Shown: piece by piece, positions 19,673-28,817 of the stretch
Layout of the letters: every line of letters begins with the position of its first letter
How positions within the stretch are numbered: position 1 is the stretch's first letter
NCBI GenBank assembly: GCA_963667255.1
Contig: OY762940.1
Location: forward strand, 64,001-128,000
DNA from: Candidatus Cloacimonadota bacterium
GTDB taxonomy: Bacteria > Cloacimonadota > Cloacimonadia > G963667145
Reading direction: 5' to 3'
DNA length: 64,000 nucleotides
Made by a program: the position numbers and the translations under genes
Notes under the pieces: generated by a model
What the model saw: only the letters and a program-made list of their open reading frames with translations
Told to the model about the DNA's origin: nothing
Databases searched by the model: none

Positions 19673-20584
19673 CTATCCGAGAATTTCGGCGTAAGTTTTA
19701 AAATGAGTTTTACAGATAAAGGGAAGTTTATCAGAAGAAAATTTGGAAATGAATTTTTTGGCATCTTTTTTCACCAGTGCCGACGCTCCCTTGTGCAGAG
19801 TAAAACCGCATTTGGAAGACAAATAATCCATCTGCCTCAAAAACTCCGCTCTTGCCAAAATGGAAGCAGCAGCAACCGCAGGGTCGTCCTCCGCCTTCTC
19901 TCTGAAAATACAGGAAATTTTTTTGAATTCGGCAGGTGCATAAGTATCCAACGCCCTCACAGAAGCAAATTTATCGATGACCGCACCCTCAAAATCTATC
20001 TGTTTTTGCAAATCCAAAACAGCCTTAGTGTGCAGCCAAATCATCATCTGATTTAGCTTTTGCCCTTTGTCTCTGAACTGCTGATAAATCCTATTGTAAT
20101 TCTTTGGTGCAACCCCGAAAACCTTGCAATTGTTGGGATACTCGTTATACAAAATCTTGGCAATCTTCAAAATCTTCCCGTCCTCAAGTTTTTTGCAATC
20201 GTCCACACCAATCTCTCGCAAATACGGCAACATAGCTTTTTCTACTACAAAACCAGCTATCACCAAAGGTCCGAAGAAATCTCCTTTCCCCGATTCGTCT
20301 GTCCCAAGCCACTTTGACCAGTCGTGAGAACCTGCTGAACTTTCTCTACTCAACCCGCAAATATCCTGCAAAATTGCAGACAATTCAGTGGTTTTTTGCC
20401 CACCCAAAACAAAAGATACACCTTTCTTTTGGGAAAAATAAACATTGAGGTTGTTCTTTTCGCTACCTTTTACAAAATGCAAAGCTACCCCATACGGGAT
20501 AGCTTTTTTTTGAACACATTCTATGTCGGAAAATTTGAGTGCCTTATTCAGAACAGAACTTACTGCATTCTCCAGCGATGTCAT
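19673..20584 (-). CDS. rnhC: Ribonuclease HIII
   Basis: GTDESGKGDFFGPLV, DCKKL, VAAASILAR, KTHFKT plus N-terminal extension. Confidence 0.88.
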   Translation of the reverse strand: MTSLENAVSSVLNKALKFSDIECVQKKAIPYGVALHFVKGSEKNNLNVYFSQKKGVSFVLGGQKTTELSAILQDICGLSRESSAGSHDWSKWLGTDESGKGDFFGPLVIAGFVVEKAMLPYLREIGVDDCKKLEDGKILKIAKILYNEYPNNCKVFGVAPKNYNRIYQQFRDKGQKLNQMMIWLHTKAVLDLQKQIDFEGAVIDKFASVRALDTYAPAEFKKISCIFREKAEDDPAVAAASILARAEFLRQMDYLSSKCGFTLHKGASALVKKDAKKFISKFSSDKLPFICKTHFKTYAEILG

Positions 20585-22158
20585 TTCTCTTTCTCATGAG
20601 TCTTCAAATATTCTTCGGCATTCTCAAACATTTTTTTCGTAGTCTCAGCATCTTTCAAAATCTCCAAAGACGCCTCTACATCCCTATCTATTTCAAAAAT
20701 CCTCTTTTGCGAAACATTTGCCGAGAACTTTCTCCTCAAAATATTCGATTCCAGATTAACCCTTATTTTGTCGTAAATCGCATCGACACCCGATTTATCA
20801 AAATCAATTTTCTGAGTATTCTTCACATATTTCAGGAAATCGACCATCGTTCTAGAATCGGCTGTAAAATCTTCGTCAATCTTATCGGGATTCTCGTTAA
20901 AATACTTAACAGAAAACTCAAAATAGGAGTTGTTGATGATGAAATCTTTTTCCAACTTACTCAAAGTATCTTGCTCAACCTCGATATCAGGCGTAATGCC
21001 ACCACCACCATAAACCTTTCGTCCGCCAAGAGTTTTGAAAGTATTGTCCTTGTTGTGCTTCTTATACTCTTTCATCTTCGCTTCGACAAACTCTTTGCTG
21101 ATACTATCCTTATAATTTTTGATAATGGTATCGTTAAACGAGTTGTGCACACAGCGACCGGACGGGATATAATATTTGGCAATCGTCATCTTGATGCCTT
21201 CAGTATTGGGCAAAGTATAGGTCTGTTGCACGGAACCTTTACCATAGGATTGAGTCCCGACTATCAGAGCCTTGTCATAATCTTGCAACACTCCGGCAAA
21301 AATCTCCGAAGCACTGGCAGAGCCACCGTTTACCAAGACAATAATCGGGACATCGCTGATAGAGGCAGGATAGTTGGAGTAATAATTTTTGGTAAATCCA
21401 GCATTCTTCCCCTTAGTGGTCAATAGCAACATCTCCTTGTCAATGAACTCATCCAAGATGGTCAGAGCCTCTTGCAAAAGCCCTCCGGGGTTGCTCCTGA
21501 GGTCTAAAATATATTTTGTAGCACCTTGCTCTTTCAGTTCGTTCAAAGCACCGATGAAATCTGTTGTCGTGTTGCCATTGAATTGGCGGAGCTTAATATA
21601 CCCGATACCATCAGCCAACAAAATTTTGTATGGCACACTGGATACATTGATGACAGCCCTCTCCAAATCAAACTCTTTGGTATGATTAAACCTCAACACG
21701 GTAACCTTCACTTTGGTGCCAGGCTTACCTTTCAGCAATTTAATCAATTCGTTGATATCCAAACCGACAACATCTTTTCCGTCCACTTTCACTATCTTGT
21801 CTCCGGACATCATTCCAGCTTTGGCAGCTGGAGAATCGTCTATCGGCTCAACAACGGTCACATATTCGCCCATAGTGGAAATAACTATCCCCAATCCACC
21901 GAAATGTCCGCTGGTTTGCTCAAAAAAACTCTTGAACTCCTTTGCTGTATAAAAAGCGGTATGAGGGTCAAGCTTTTCTATCATCCCCTTAATAGCACTA
22001 TTTACAAGCTCTCTCGTGGAAACTTCGCCATCATAGTCCTGACTAATGAGCTTAATCACCTGCATCAATGACTGAATATCTCTAAAATTTTCCTCTTCTG
22101 TCGCAAAAGCAAACAGTGGAGCAATCATCAATAATGTTAAAATCAGTATTTTTTTCAA
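20581..22158 (-). CDS. S41 carboxy-terminal processing protease with PDZ domain
   Basis: LDPHT, FGGLGI, LDLRSNPGG, SASASEI, YGKGSVQ. Confidence 0.92.
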   Translation of the reverse strand: MKKILILTLLMIAPLFAFATEEENFRDIQSLMQVIKLISQDYDGEVSTRELVNSAIKGMIEKLDPHTAFYTAKEFKSFFEQTSGHFGGLGIVISTMGEYVTVVEPIDDSPAAKAGMMSGDKIVKVDGKDVVGLDINELIKLLKGKPGTKVKVTVLRFNHTKEFDLERAVINVSSVPYKILLADGIGYIKLRQFNGNTTTDFIGALNELKEQGATKYILDLRSNPGGLLQEALTILDEFIDKEMLLLTTKGKNAGFTKNYYSNYPASISDVPIIVLVNGGSASASEIFAGVLQDYDKALIVGTQSYGKGSVQQTYTLPNTEGIKMTIAKYYIPSGRCVHNSFNDTIIKNYKDSISKEFVEAKMKEYKKHNKDNTFKTLGGRKVYGGGGITPDIEVEQDTLSKLEKDFIINNSYFEFSVKYFNENPDKIDEDFTADSRTMVDFLKYVKNTQKIDFDKSGVDAIYDKIRVNLESNILRRKFSANVSQKRIFEIDRDVEASLEILKDAETTKKMFENAEEYLKTHEKEK

Positions 22159-22790
22159 TTTCCCTCCTTAAACTTTAAGGAAATTTCTTTTTTATTTTTC
22201 AAAAACCTCAAAACTCTCTGATGGATTTCGACAACAGGCAAATGCCCGTCCAACACAACTACTCGGTTCGGTTCTCTTGCAGCCAAGTCATCAAATCCGG
22301 CAATCAACTTCCGATGATACTCCGAACTCGCCAATTCAATCTTATCCTTCTCCTGACCTTGCAACCGCTTTTGCGATTCCTCAAAATCAATCCGCAAATA
22401 AAAAGTAACATCGGGCATCAAACTTCCCGTGCTAAAAGTGTTCAGCCAAATCACGCTCTCCCGTGACAAATCACCTGCAAAACTCTGATAAACCATTGAG
22501 GAGTCAATAAATCTATCGCATATCACTTGATAATCATCTTGTAATTTGGGCAAGATATATTTAGCACAATGTTCACTCCTCACCGCACTAAACAAGAGCA
22601 AAGCACTCTTATGGCTCAACTCAATATTCCTGTCGTGAAGCAAAATCTCTCTGATTTTTTCACCGAAAGCAAAACCACCCGGCTCTCTCGTCAAAAAACT
22701 CTTGATTTGCTTTTCCTGAAAATACTTATGCAAAAGAGAAGCCTGCGTGCTTTTACCACAAGCTTCTACTCCTTCAAAAGTTATAAACAT
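22155..22790 (-). CDS. tmk: Thymidylate kinase
   Basis: FITFEGVEACGKSTQ, TREPGG, CDRFIDSS. Confidence 0.96.
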   Translation of the reverse strand: MFITFEGVEACGKSTQASLLHKYFQEKQIKSFLTREPGGFAFGEKIREILLHDRNIELSHKSALLLFSAVRSEHCAKYILPKLQDDYQVICDRFIDSSMVYQSFAGDLSRESVIWLNTFSTGSLMPDVTFYLRIDFEESQKRLQGQEKDKIELASSEYHRKLIAGFDDLAAREPNRVVVLDGHLPVVEIHQRVLRFLKNKKEISLKFKEGN

Positions 22791-22803
22791 AAATTATATG
22801 AAA

Positions 22804-23361
22804 TTAAACTGTCAAAATATCTTTTTCTTTGTTTTTGACAGCAACATCGACCTTTTTCGCCCAATCGTCAGTCAAAGATTGAACATCAGCAAGCAAACTC
22901 TTGCAATCGTCCTCGGAAATATCTCCTGCTTTCTCCATCTTCTTCGCACTGTCGTTGGCATCGCGTCTGATGTTACGAAGAGCAATCTTGCAATTTTCGC
23001 CTTTCTTCTTAACATCCTTAACTATCTCCAATCTCTTCTCTTGCGTAAGAGGAGGAAAAGGCAATCTAATCACAATTCCGTCATTTTCGGGAGTTATGCC
23101 GAGATTGAACGACAAAATAGATTTCTCTATCTCCTTGAGCGTAGATTTGTCCCAAGGCTGCAAAACTATCATTCTGGCTTCAGGCACGGAAATCTTGCAC
23201 ATTTGTTTGAGAGGCGTAGGCTGTCCGTAATAATCAACCATCACCTTATCCAGCACACCGGCGTTCGCTTTGCCAGCAACTATCCTGCTGTAATCGTCCA
23301 ACAAACCATTAAAAGTATCGTTCATCTTTTTGGAGGCATTGTCCAAAGTCTCTTTCATCAT
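22804..23361 (-). CDS. frr: Ribosome recycling factor
   Basis: VDYYG, QPWDK, LRNIRRDAN; pyrH-frr synteny. Confidence 0.96.
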   Translation of the reverse strand: MMKETLDNASKKMNDTFNGLLDDYSRIVAGKANAGVLDKVMVDYYGQPTPLKQMCKISVPEARMIVLQPWDKSTLKEIEKSILSFNLGITPENDGIVIRLPFPPLTQEKRLEIVKDVKKKGENCKIALRNIRRDANDSAKKMEKAGDISEDDCKSLLADVQSLTDDWAKKVDVAVKNKEKDILTV

Positions 23362-23372
23362 ATCTCAACTCC

Positions 23373-24074
23373 TTAATCAGTAACCACAGTGCCAATGCTT
23401 TGATCCAGCACCACTTTCTTCAGATTTCCCTTTTTACTCACATCAAAAACCACAATTTTTTTGTTATGCTCTTTGGCGAGAGCAAAAGCCGTCGCATCCA
23501 TTATCCGCAAGTTTTTTTGCAAAGCCTCTTCGTAGCCCAATTTCGTGTAAAGTTTGGCATCGGCAAATTTGTTCGGGTCCTTGTCATAAACACCGGAAAC
23601 ATTCGTCCCTTTTATCAGAAAATCACACTTCGTTTCGATAGCCCTCAAGACTCCCGCTGTATCCGTAGTGAAATAAGGATTGCCCACTCCTCCGGCAAAA
23701 AAACAGATGTTGCCGTCAGTCAGAGCGGACTCAGCAGAGAGCGGAGAGTAAGATTCGCAAACATATGGCATACGAACAATCGAAAAGACACGCACTTTCC
23801 CGTAGCCCTTGTTCCTAATCACACCGCTGACCATCAAGGCATTTTGAATAGTGGCAAGCATCCCGATATTGTCTCCGGTAGGCTGATCAATCCCAACTTT
23901 TCCCGAACCAATCCCACGGAAAAGGTTGCCTCCCCCTATAACGACAGCGAGTTCTACCCCCGCTTGGTGAATCTCAATAATTTCATCAGAAATTCGATTT
24001 AAAATTTCTTCATCGAAACCCTTTCTGGCACTTCCTGCCAAAAATTCTCCACTAAGCTTGAGTAGAACCCGCAT
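23373..24074 (-). CDS. pyrH: Uridylate kinase
   Basis: LLKLSGE, GGGNLFRG, GNPYFTTDTA. Confidence 0.96.
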   Translation of the reverse strand: MRVLLKLSGEFLAGSARKGFDEEILNRISDEIIEIHQAGVELAVVIGGGNLFRGIGSGKVGIDQPTGDNIGMLATIQNALMVSGVIRNKGYGKVRVFSIVRMPYVCESYSPLSAESALTDGNICFFAGGVGNPYFTTDTAGVLRAIETKCDFLIKGTNVSGVYDKDPNKFADAKLYTKLGYEEALQKNLRIMDATAFALAKEHNKKIVVFDVSKKGNLKKVVLDQSIGTVVTD

Positions 24075-24103
24075 AAAATCTCTCCTATTCTAAAAGAGAA
24101 CTA

Positions 24104-24697
24104 TTATTCTCCCAAAGCAAATCTAACAAATCTACTGATTTTGATATTCTCTCCGAGTTTAGCTATCACTTCCGTAATCAAATCAGAAATTTTTTTGTCA
24201 GGGTCTTTCACAAATTCTTGCTCCAATAAAGTGTTTTGCTTGATATATTTTGCAATCTGACCGTCAACAATCTTCTCTACGATTTTCTCTGGTTTGCCCT
24301 CATTGAGAGCCTTTTGAGTATAAATCTCTCTCTCTTTAGCCAACAAATCTTGGTCTAATTCCTCGGAACTAACAGCCAAAGGATTAGAAGCGGCAATGTG
24401 CATACAAATGTCTTTGCACAAATTTACAAAGTCATCGGTCTTAGCCACGAAATCGGTCTCACAGCTCATCTCCAAAAGAACACCAAGTTTATTGTTGGAA
24501 TGAATGTAAGAGTAAACAAGCCCTTCGTTGGTGTCTCTTTCAGCTTTGCTTTCAGCCTTTGCTATACCTTTTTCGCGTAAATATTTGATAGCCGCATCTA
24601 TGTCGCCGTCACACTTGGTCAAAGCCTTTTTGCAATCCATCATACCCACGCCAGTTCTCTTTCTGAGGTCCATCACCTCTTTGGCACTAATTGACAT
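24104..24697 (-). CDS. tsf: Elongation factor Ts (short form)
   Basis: GMMDCKKAL, CETDFVA. Confidence 0.97.
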   Translation of the reverse strand: MSISAKEVMDLRKRTGVGMMDCKKALTKCDGDIDAAIKYLREKGIAKAESKAERDTNEGLVYSYIHSNNKLGVLLEMSCETDFVAKTDDFVNLCKDICMHIAASNPLAVSSEELDQDLLAKEREIYTQKALNEGKPEKIVEKIVDGQIAKYIKQNTLLEQEFVKDPDKKISDLITEVIAKLGENIKISRFVRFALGE

Positions 24698-24712
24698 TAT
24701 ATTACTCCTAAA

Positions 24713-25525
24713 CTATTCAACGGAAACATTCTCCTCTGCTTCCTCATCTATCTCTTCACTTTCTTCGTCGAACTCTTCCAAACCCTCAAAATCTTGAGAA
24801 TCTTGGACATCATCCTTTTGCTCTATTCCTTCGCCTTCAGTCAAAATCTTGGCACCTTCCAATACAGCTTCAGCCAAAGTGTCAAAAATAAGACTTACCG
24901 CTCTGATAGCGTCATCGTTGGAAGGAATAGGATAATCTATCATATCGGGGTCGGAATTGGTATCCACCAAAGCAACGATAGGAATATTTTTCTTCAAAGC
25001 CTCTTTGATGGCGATGTCGTCGTTGTTGGTGTCGGAAATCACAACTACACCTGGCAAACGGTCCATTTTACGAACTCCGCCCAAAGATTTGAGCTTCTTG
25101 TCGTATTTCTTTTGCATCTTGCCCACTTCAAACTTGGTGTAATTGTTGATAGAGCCGTCTTCCATCATAGAATCGAACTTGTCCAACTCTCTGATGCTCT
25201 TCCTAATCGTATTCATATTGGTAAGCATACCACCAAGCCATCTAGAGTTCACATAAAAAGCTCCGCACTTATCGGCAGCCTCTTTCACGGAATCTTTAGC
25301 TTGCTTTTTGGTGCCCACAAAAAGAACAGGTTCGCCTTTCCGAGCAACACCTTTCACAAATTCGTAAGCCTCTTCGATTTTACTAACTGTTTGACCAAGG
25401 TCAAGAATGTGGATCCCGTTTCTCTTGATGAAAATAAATTTCTTCATCTTAGGATTCCACTTATGAGTTTGGTGACCAAAGTGAACTCCAGCCTCCAATA
25501 ATTGTTTCATAGATACAACTGACAT
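24713..25525 (-). CDS. rpsB: 30S ribosomal protein S2
   Basis: LLEAGVHFGHQT, WNPKM, NDDAIR. Confidence 0.98.
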   Translation of the reverse strand: MSVVSMKQLLEAGVHFGHQTHKWNPKMKKFIFIKRNGIHILDLGQTVSKIEEAYEFVKGVARKGEPVLFVGTKKQAKDSVKEAADKCGAFYVNSRWLGGMLTNMNTIRKSIRELDKFDSMMEDGSINNYTKFEVGKMQKKYDKKLKSLGGVRKMDRLPGVVVISDTNNDDIAIKEALKKNIPIVALVDTNSDPDMIDYPIPSNDDAIRAVSLIFDTLAEAVLEGAKILTEGEGIEQKDDVQDSQDFEGLEEFDEESEEIDEEAEENVSVE

Positions 25526-25529
25526 ATCA

Positions 25530-25650
25530 TTGTCTCCTTATTTGCGGTTACTATTCCGTCTCATTCCAGGCGACATCCTGCTGACTTTGAAAATCTTCAT
25601 CAAAGCACCGCTCAAGATGCACATTGCCAATAGCGAAACGGATATTTTCA
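25530..25650 (-). promoter_or_regulatory. Putative rpsB (S2) autoregulatory leader
   Basis: ~130-nt spacer, richer in GC than other spacers, between rpsI and rpsB; inferred from position, not folded computationally. Confidence 0.4.
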
Positions 25651-25655
25651 ATAAA

Positions 25656-26042
25656 TTATCTCTTGGAAAATTGCGGTTTTTTACGAGCTTTCGGTCTACC
25701 AACAACTTTTCTCTCTACGATACGGGAATCTCTGGTCAACAAACCATCTTTTTTGAGAGAACCTCGTAAAGCGTCATCATACTCCAAAAGTGCCTTGGCA
25801 ACAGCCAATTTCAAAGCATCAGCTTGAGCAGATTTTCCTCCACCCTTCACAGTAGCCTTAATATCGAACTTTTCGGCAAGCTCCACCAATTGCAACGGTT
25901 GCTCTATCTTTTGTAATAAAATATCTCTCTCAAAATAGTCTTTCATATTTAGGTCGTTGACTATTCTTTTGCCGGTACCCAGAGAAATTCTCACTTTACC
26001 AATAGCTGTCTTGCGTCTTCCAACTGCATCGAAATATTGCAT
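25656..26042 (-). CDS. rpsI: 30S ribosomal protein S9
   Basis: GRRKTA, KGGG, C-terminal QFSKR. Confidence 0.98.
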   Translation of the reverse strand: MQYFDAVGRRKTAIGKVRISLGTGKRIVNDLNMKDYFERDILLQKIEQPLQLVELAEKFDIKATVKGGGKSAQADALKLAVAKALLEYDDALRGSLKKDGLLTRDSRIVERKVVGRPKARKKPQFSKR

Positions 26043-26051
26043 AAAATCTCC

Positions 26052-26480
26052 TTAAACCTCTAAATCCTGTGGATTTTGTGCTGAATGAGGATGCTCACTG
26101 CCTGCGTAAACTTTCAACTTAGTAAGCATTTTCCTACCCAAAGGACCTTTGGGCAACATTCCTTTTACAGCATGAATAATAATTTGCTCCGGTGTCTCCT
26201 GAAGCATTCTCTTGAATGACTTTTCTTTAAGACCACTTTGATAACCACTGTAAGTCTTGTAAACTTTGCTATCTGCCTTACTACCGGTCAATCTGATCTT
26301 TTCGGCATTCACTACCACAACGAAATCGCCCGTGTCCAGATTCGGAATAAAATAAGGTTTGTGCTTCCCTCTGAGTATAGAGGCAATTTTGGTAGATATT
26401 CTCCCCAAAACCTTATCCGTTGCATCCACCTTGAACCAAACTCTCTCGATGTCACTCATCTTTGGTGATACGGTTTTCAT
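26052..26480 (-). CDS. rplM: 50S ribosomal protein L13
   Basis: LGR, LRGKHKP, DTGDFVVVVNA, AVKGMLPK. Confidence 0.98.
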   Translation of the reverse strand: MKTVSPKMSDIERVWFKVDATDKVLGRISTKIASILRGKHKPYFIPNLDTGDFVVVVNAEKIRLTGSKADSKVYKTYSGYQSGLKEKSFKRMLQETPEQIIIHAVKGMLPKGPLGRKMLTKLKVYAGSEHPHSAQNPQDLEV

Positions 26481-26761
26481 CTTTTATTTTCTCCTTAAAA
26501 AAACGCGTTGTAAATTTCTATATCGTCTTCATAATAATTCCAAGCCACACCTTTCGGGACTATACGGCACAGCCATGAGTAGCAAAAGAAAAATAGACGG
26601 ATAAAATGTCAAATACTTTTATCTGTGTGATAGTTACAACTTTTTGAGTTGACATTTTCTTCTTTGGAAATCATTTGGGGAAAATTGAATAAAATACTAA
26701 ATTGTATCGCAAGGTCTCTGGCTGGCAGTAAAGTAAAAAAGAGAAAGAAGAGGATTAGAGA

Positions 26762-27361
26762 ATGGGAAAATGGATTGTAATTATTGTCTTAACTTTGGGG
26801 ATTGGTTTTATTTCTTACAAATATATCAAAAAAAATAAAGAGAAAAAGGAAGCACAAGTCTCTTATTATTTTAAATCAAAAGCGATTAAGGCCGATATAT
26901 TTAAAGTTGTTGTAGATAAAAACGCTATTGACGACTGGTCTATGTTGAATAATATAAAAAGGACTGCTTTTACTTTTGACCTCCAAGACTTCTTCATCCA
27001 AGAAAGACCTATTCTCTTCGTAGGGAATATAGTTGATATTTACAATAAAAAAGACAAAAGAATTGTTGTTATGGAATTGTCTAGTTATTATGGTGTGCGT
27101 CCTTTAGATTATTATTACCAAGTTTTGCTTTATTTAGAGATAGAGAAGAAAAGTTTGGATGTTTTTTTAAAAACAATAAATTTAGATAATATAGAAAAGT
27201 TAGAGACACTTGATTTCGACAATAGAAATTTTGTTGCCATAGCTTTTGTAAAATCCATAGAAAGATTCGAAACACAATTAAAAATTATTGGGTCTTTGGA
27301 ATATCTTAGGATGGTTGGGTCAATGGGGGTTGATGATTTTATAAAAGGGGTAGGATATTAA
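26762..27361 (+). CDS. Hypothetical membrane-anchored protein
   Basis: 199-aa ORF, N-terminal TM helix, GAGG RBS. Confidence 0.6.
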   Translation: MGKWIVIIVLTLGIGFISYKYIKKNKEKKEAQVSYYFKSKAIKADIFKVVVDKNAIDDWSMLNNIKRTAFTFDLQDFFIQERPILFVGNIVDIYNKKDKRIVVMELSSYYGVRPLDYYYQVLLYLEIEKKSLDVFLKTINLDNIEKLETLDFDNRNFVAIAFVKSIERFETQLKIIGSLEYLRMVGSMGVDDFIKGVGY

Positions 27362-27382
27362 GGTTTCTTTGGAGTAAAGGAT

Positions 27383-27697
27383 ATGAGATTAGCACATAAA
27401 AATATAATTTGTTTAGTTTTGGCGATTCTATTTTTGGGTTGTCTTTTTAAGATGCCATATTTTTATTATACAATTGTGAGGGTGTTTGGATTTGTAGGAT
27501 TTGGAATTTTGGCTTACAAAGAGATTGGAAGAAACGGAGTTTGGTTGTTTTTTTGGTCTTCTTCGGCTGTTCTTACGAACCCTTTTGTTAAAATATCGCT
27601 TTCGAGTAGATTTGCTTGGAATGTTGTCGATGTGTTGTGGGCTATAATGTTGTTAATTTATGTCTTGTTAGGTATGAAATTAGGGAGGAAGAATTAA
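27383..27697 (+). CDS. Small membrane protein (DUF6804-like)
   Basis: MPYFYY...R, NPFVKI, WNVVD pattern. Confidence 0.6.
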   Translation: MRLAHKNIICLVLAILFLGCLFKMPYFYYTIVRVFGFVGFGILAYKEIGRNGVWLFFWSSSAVLTNPFVKISLSSRFAWNVVDVLWAIMLLIYVLLGMKLGRKN

Positions 27698-27698
27698 T

Positions 27699-28204
27699 AT
27701 GAAAAATATAGCGTTTTTTTCGTGTTGATAATTTCTTTTTTCTTTGGTGGATGTGCAATAAATCATACTACTGTCCCATATAGCGAGAGAAAATATGAGG
27801 TGGTTTATGATGTTCATTTGAAAAAAAACAAAATTTATAGTAAATCTATTGAGTGGATTGTGAGAAATTATAAAAATGCAAATCAAAGAACATTACCCTA
27901 TGACAATGAAAAAAACGGGAAAATTGTGGCAAAGGCTTCCTCTTCTTATTATTCTTTTCTGTATACGCGTTATATAAATTATGATTACACTTTAGTAATT
28001 TCCATAAAAGAGAACAAAATTAAAGTTTTGGGAGAGCATTTTGTAGGACACCTCCTCTATTCTGACCAAAAAACTGGCGCAACTTATGATAGGGAATTTG
28101 AAGTTTGGGAGTCAAAAGATATTTTAGAAATTAAGTCTAATTTAGCAGTTCTTTTTGATGAATTGTATTATTTTTTAGAGTATAACAAAGGTGATGATTT
28201 TTAG
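27699..28204 (+). pseudogene. DUF4468-like lipoprotein, frameshifted in a T7 run within the signal peptide
   Basis: GGGAGG RBS and ATG at 27699 stop after 9 codons; one extra T in 27714-27720 joins to ORF 27722..28204 giving MKNIAFFFVLIISFFFGGC. Confidence 0.6.
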
Positions 28205-28360
28205 AAAAATAGCATTTTTTTCTGTCTAACGAATTGGTTGACGGCGAATTGCTCGTTGATTTGTTTGAAAAGAATGAATTGGGTCTCAAACCAAAAACAA
28301 TTTACGAAATCGACAAAGATTTCTTTAAAGATTTTATGGAATAATAAAGAAGGAATAAAA

Positions 28361-28816
28361 ATGTTTGATAAAAACCTTTGGCTTTTTTTGGTAGTGATGA
28401 CATCTATAAACGGTGTCGTTTGGTATTTTCGCTCAAAGAAATACATAAAAGCAAACCCTGAGCTAAAACAAGGATACAACCGACTCATTAGAGGATTTTT
28501 CATTTATTGCAATCTTCCATGGCTCTTGATAGCGATATTCAGACATGCGGGTTTAATCCAAAACTCTTTCGATTTGGCGAAACCTCATAACTACCAAACC
28601 GGTGTCATCATTTGGCATATTGTTGTTTCCTTCTTGGTAATTGCAGGGACATACTGGATTTTTTCACTGAAAGGAGCTGAAATACTTTGCAGCCATCCGG
28701 GTCTATTTGAAAACACCTTCAACAACAAGAACAACATCACTGTGGAGATAATCAAAAAATTTTGGCTCGTTGTTGTTCTCTCTGCTTTCATAGTTGAGCT
28801 TACACTTTGGGTTTAG
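28361..28816 (+). CDS. Hypothetical membrane protein
   Basis: AAGGA RBS before ATG 28361, four hydrophobic segments. Confidence 0.6.
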   Translation: MFDKNLWLFLVVMTSINGVVWYFRSKKYIKANPELKQGYNRLIRGFFIYCNLPWLLIAIFRHAGLIQNSFDLAKPHNYQTGVIIWHIVVSFLVIAGTYWIFSLKGAEILCSHPGLFENTFNNKNNITVEIIKKFWLVVVLSAFIVELTLWV

Positions 28817-28817
28817 G

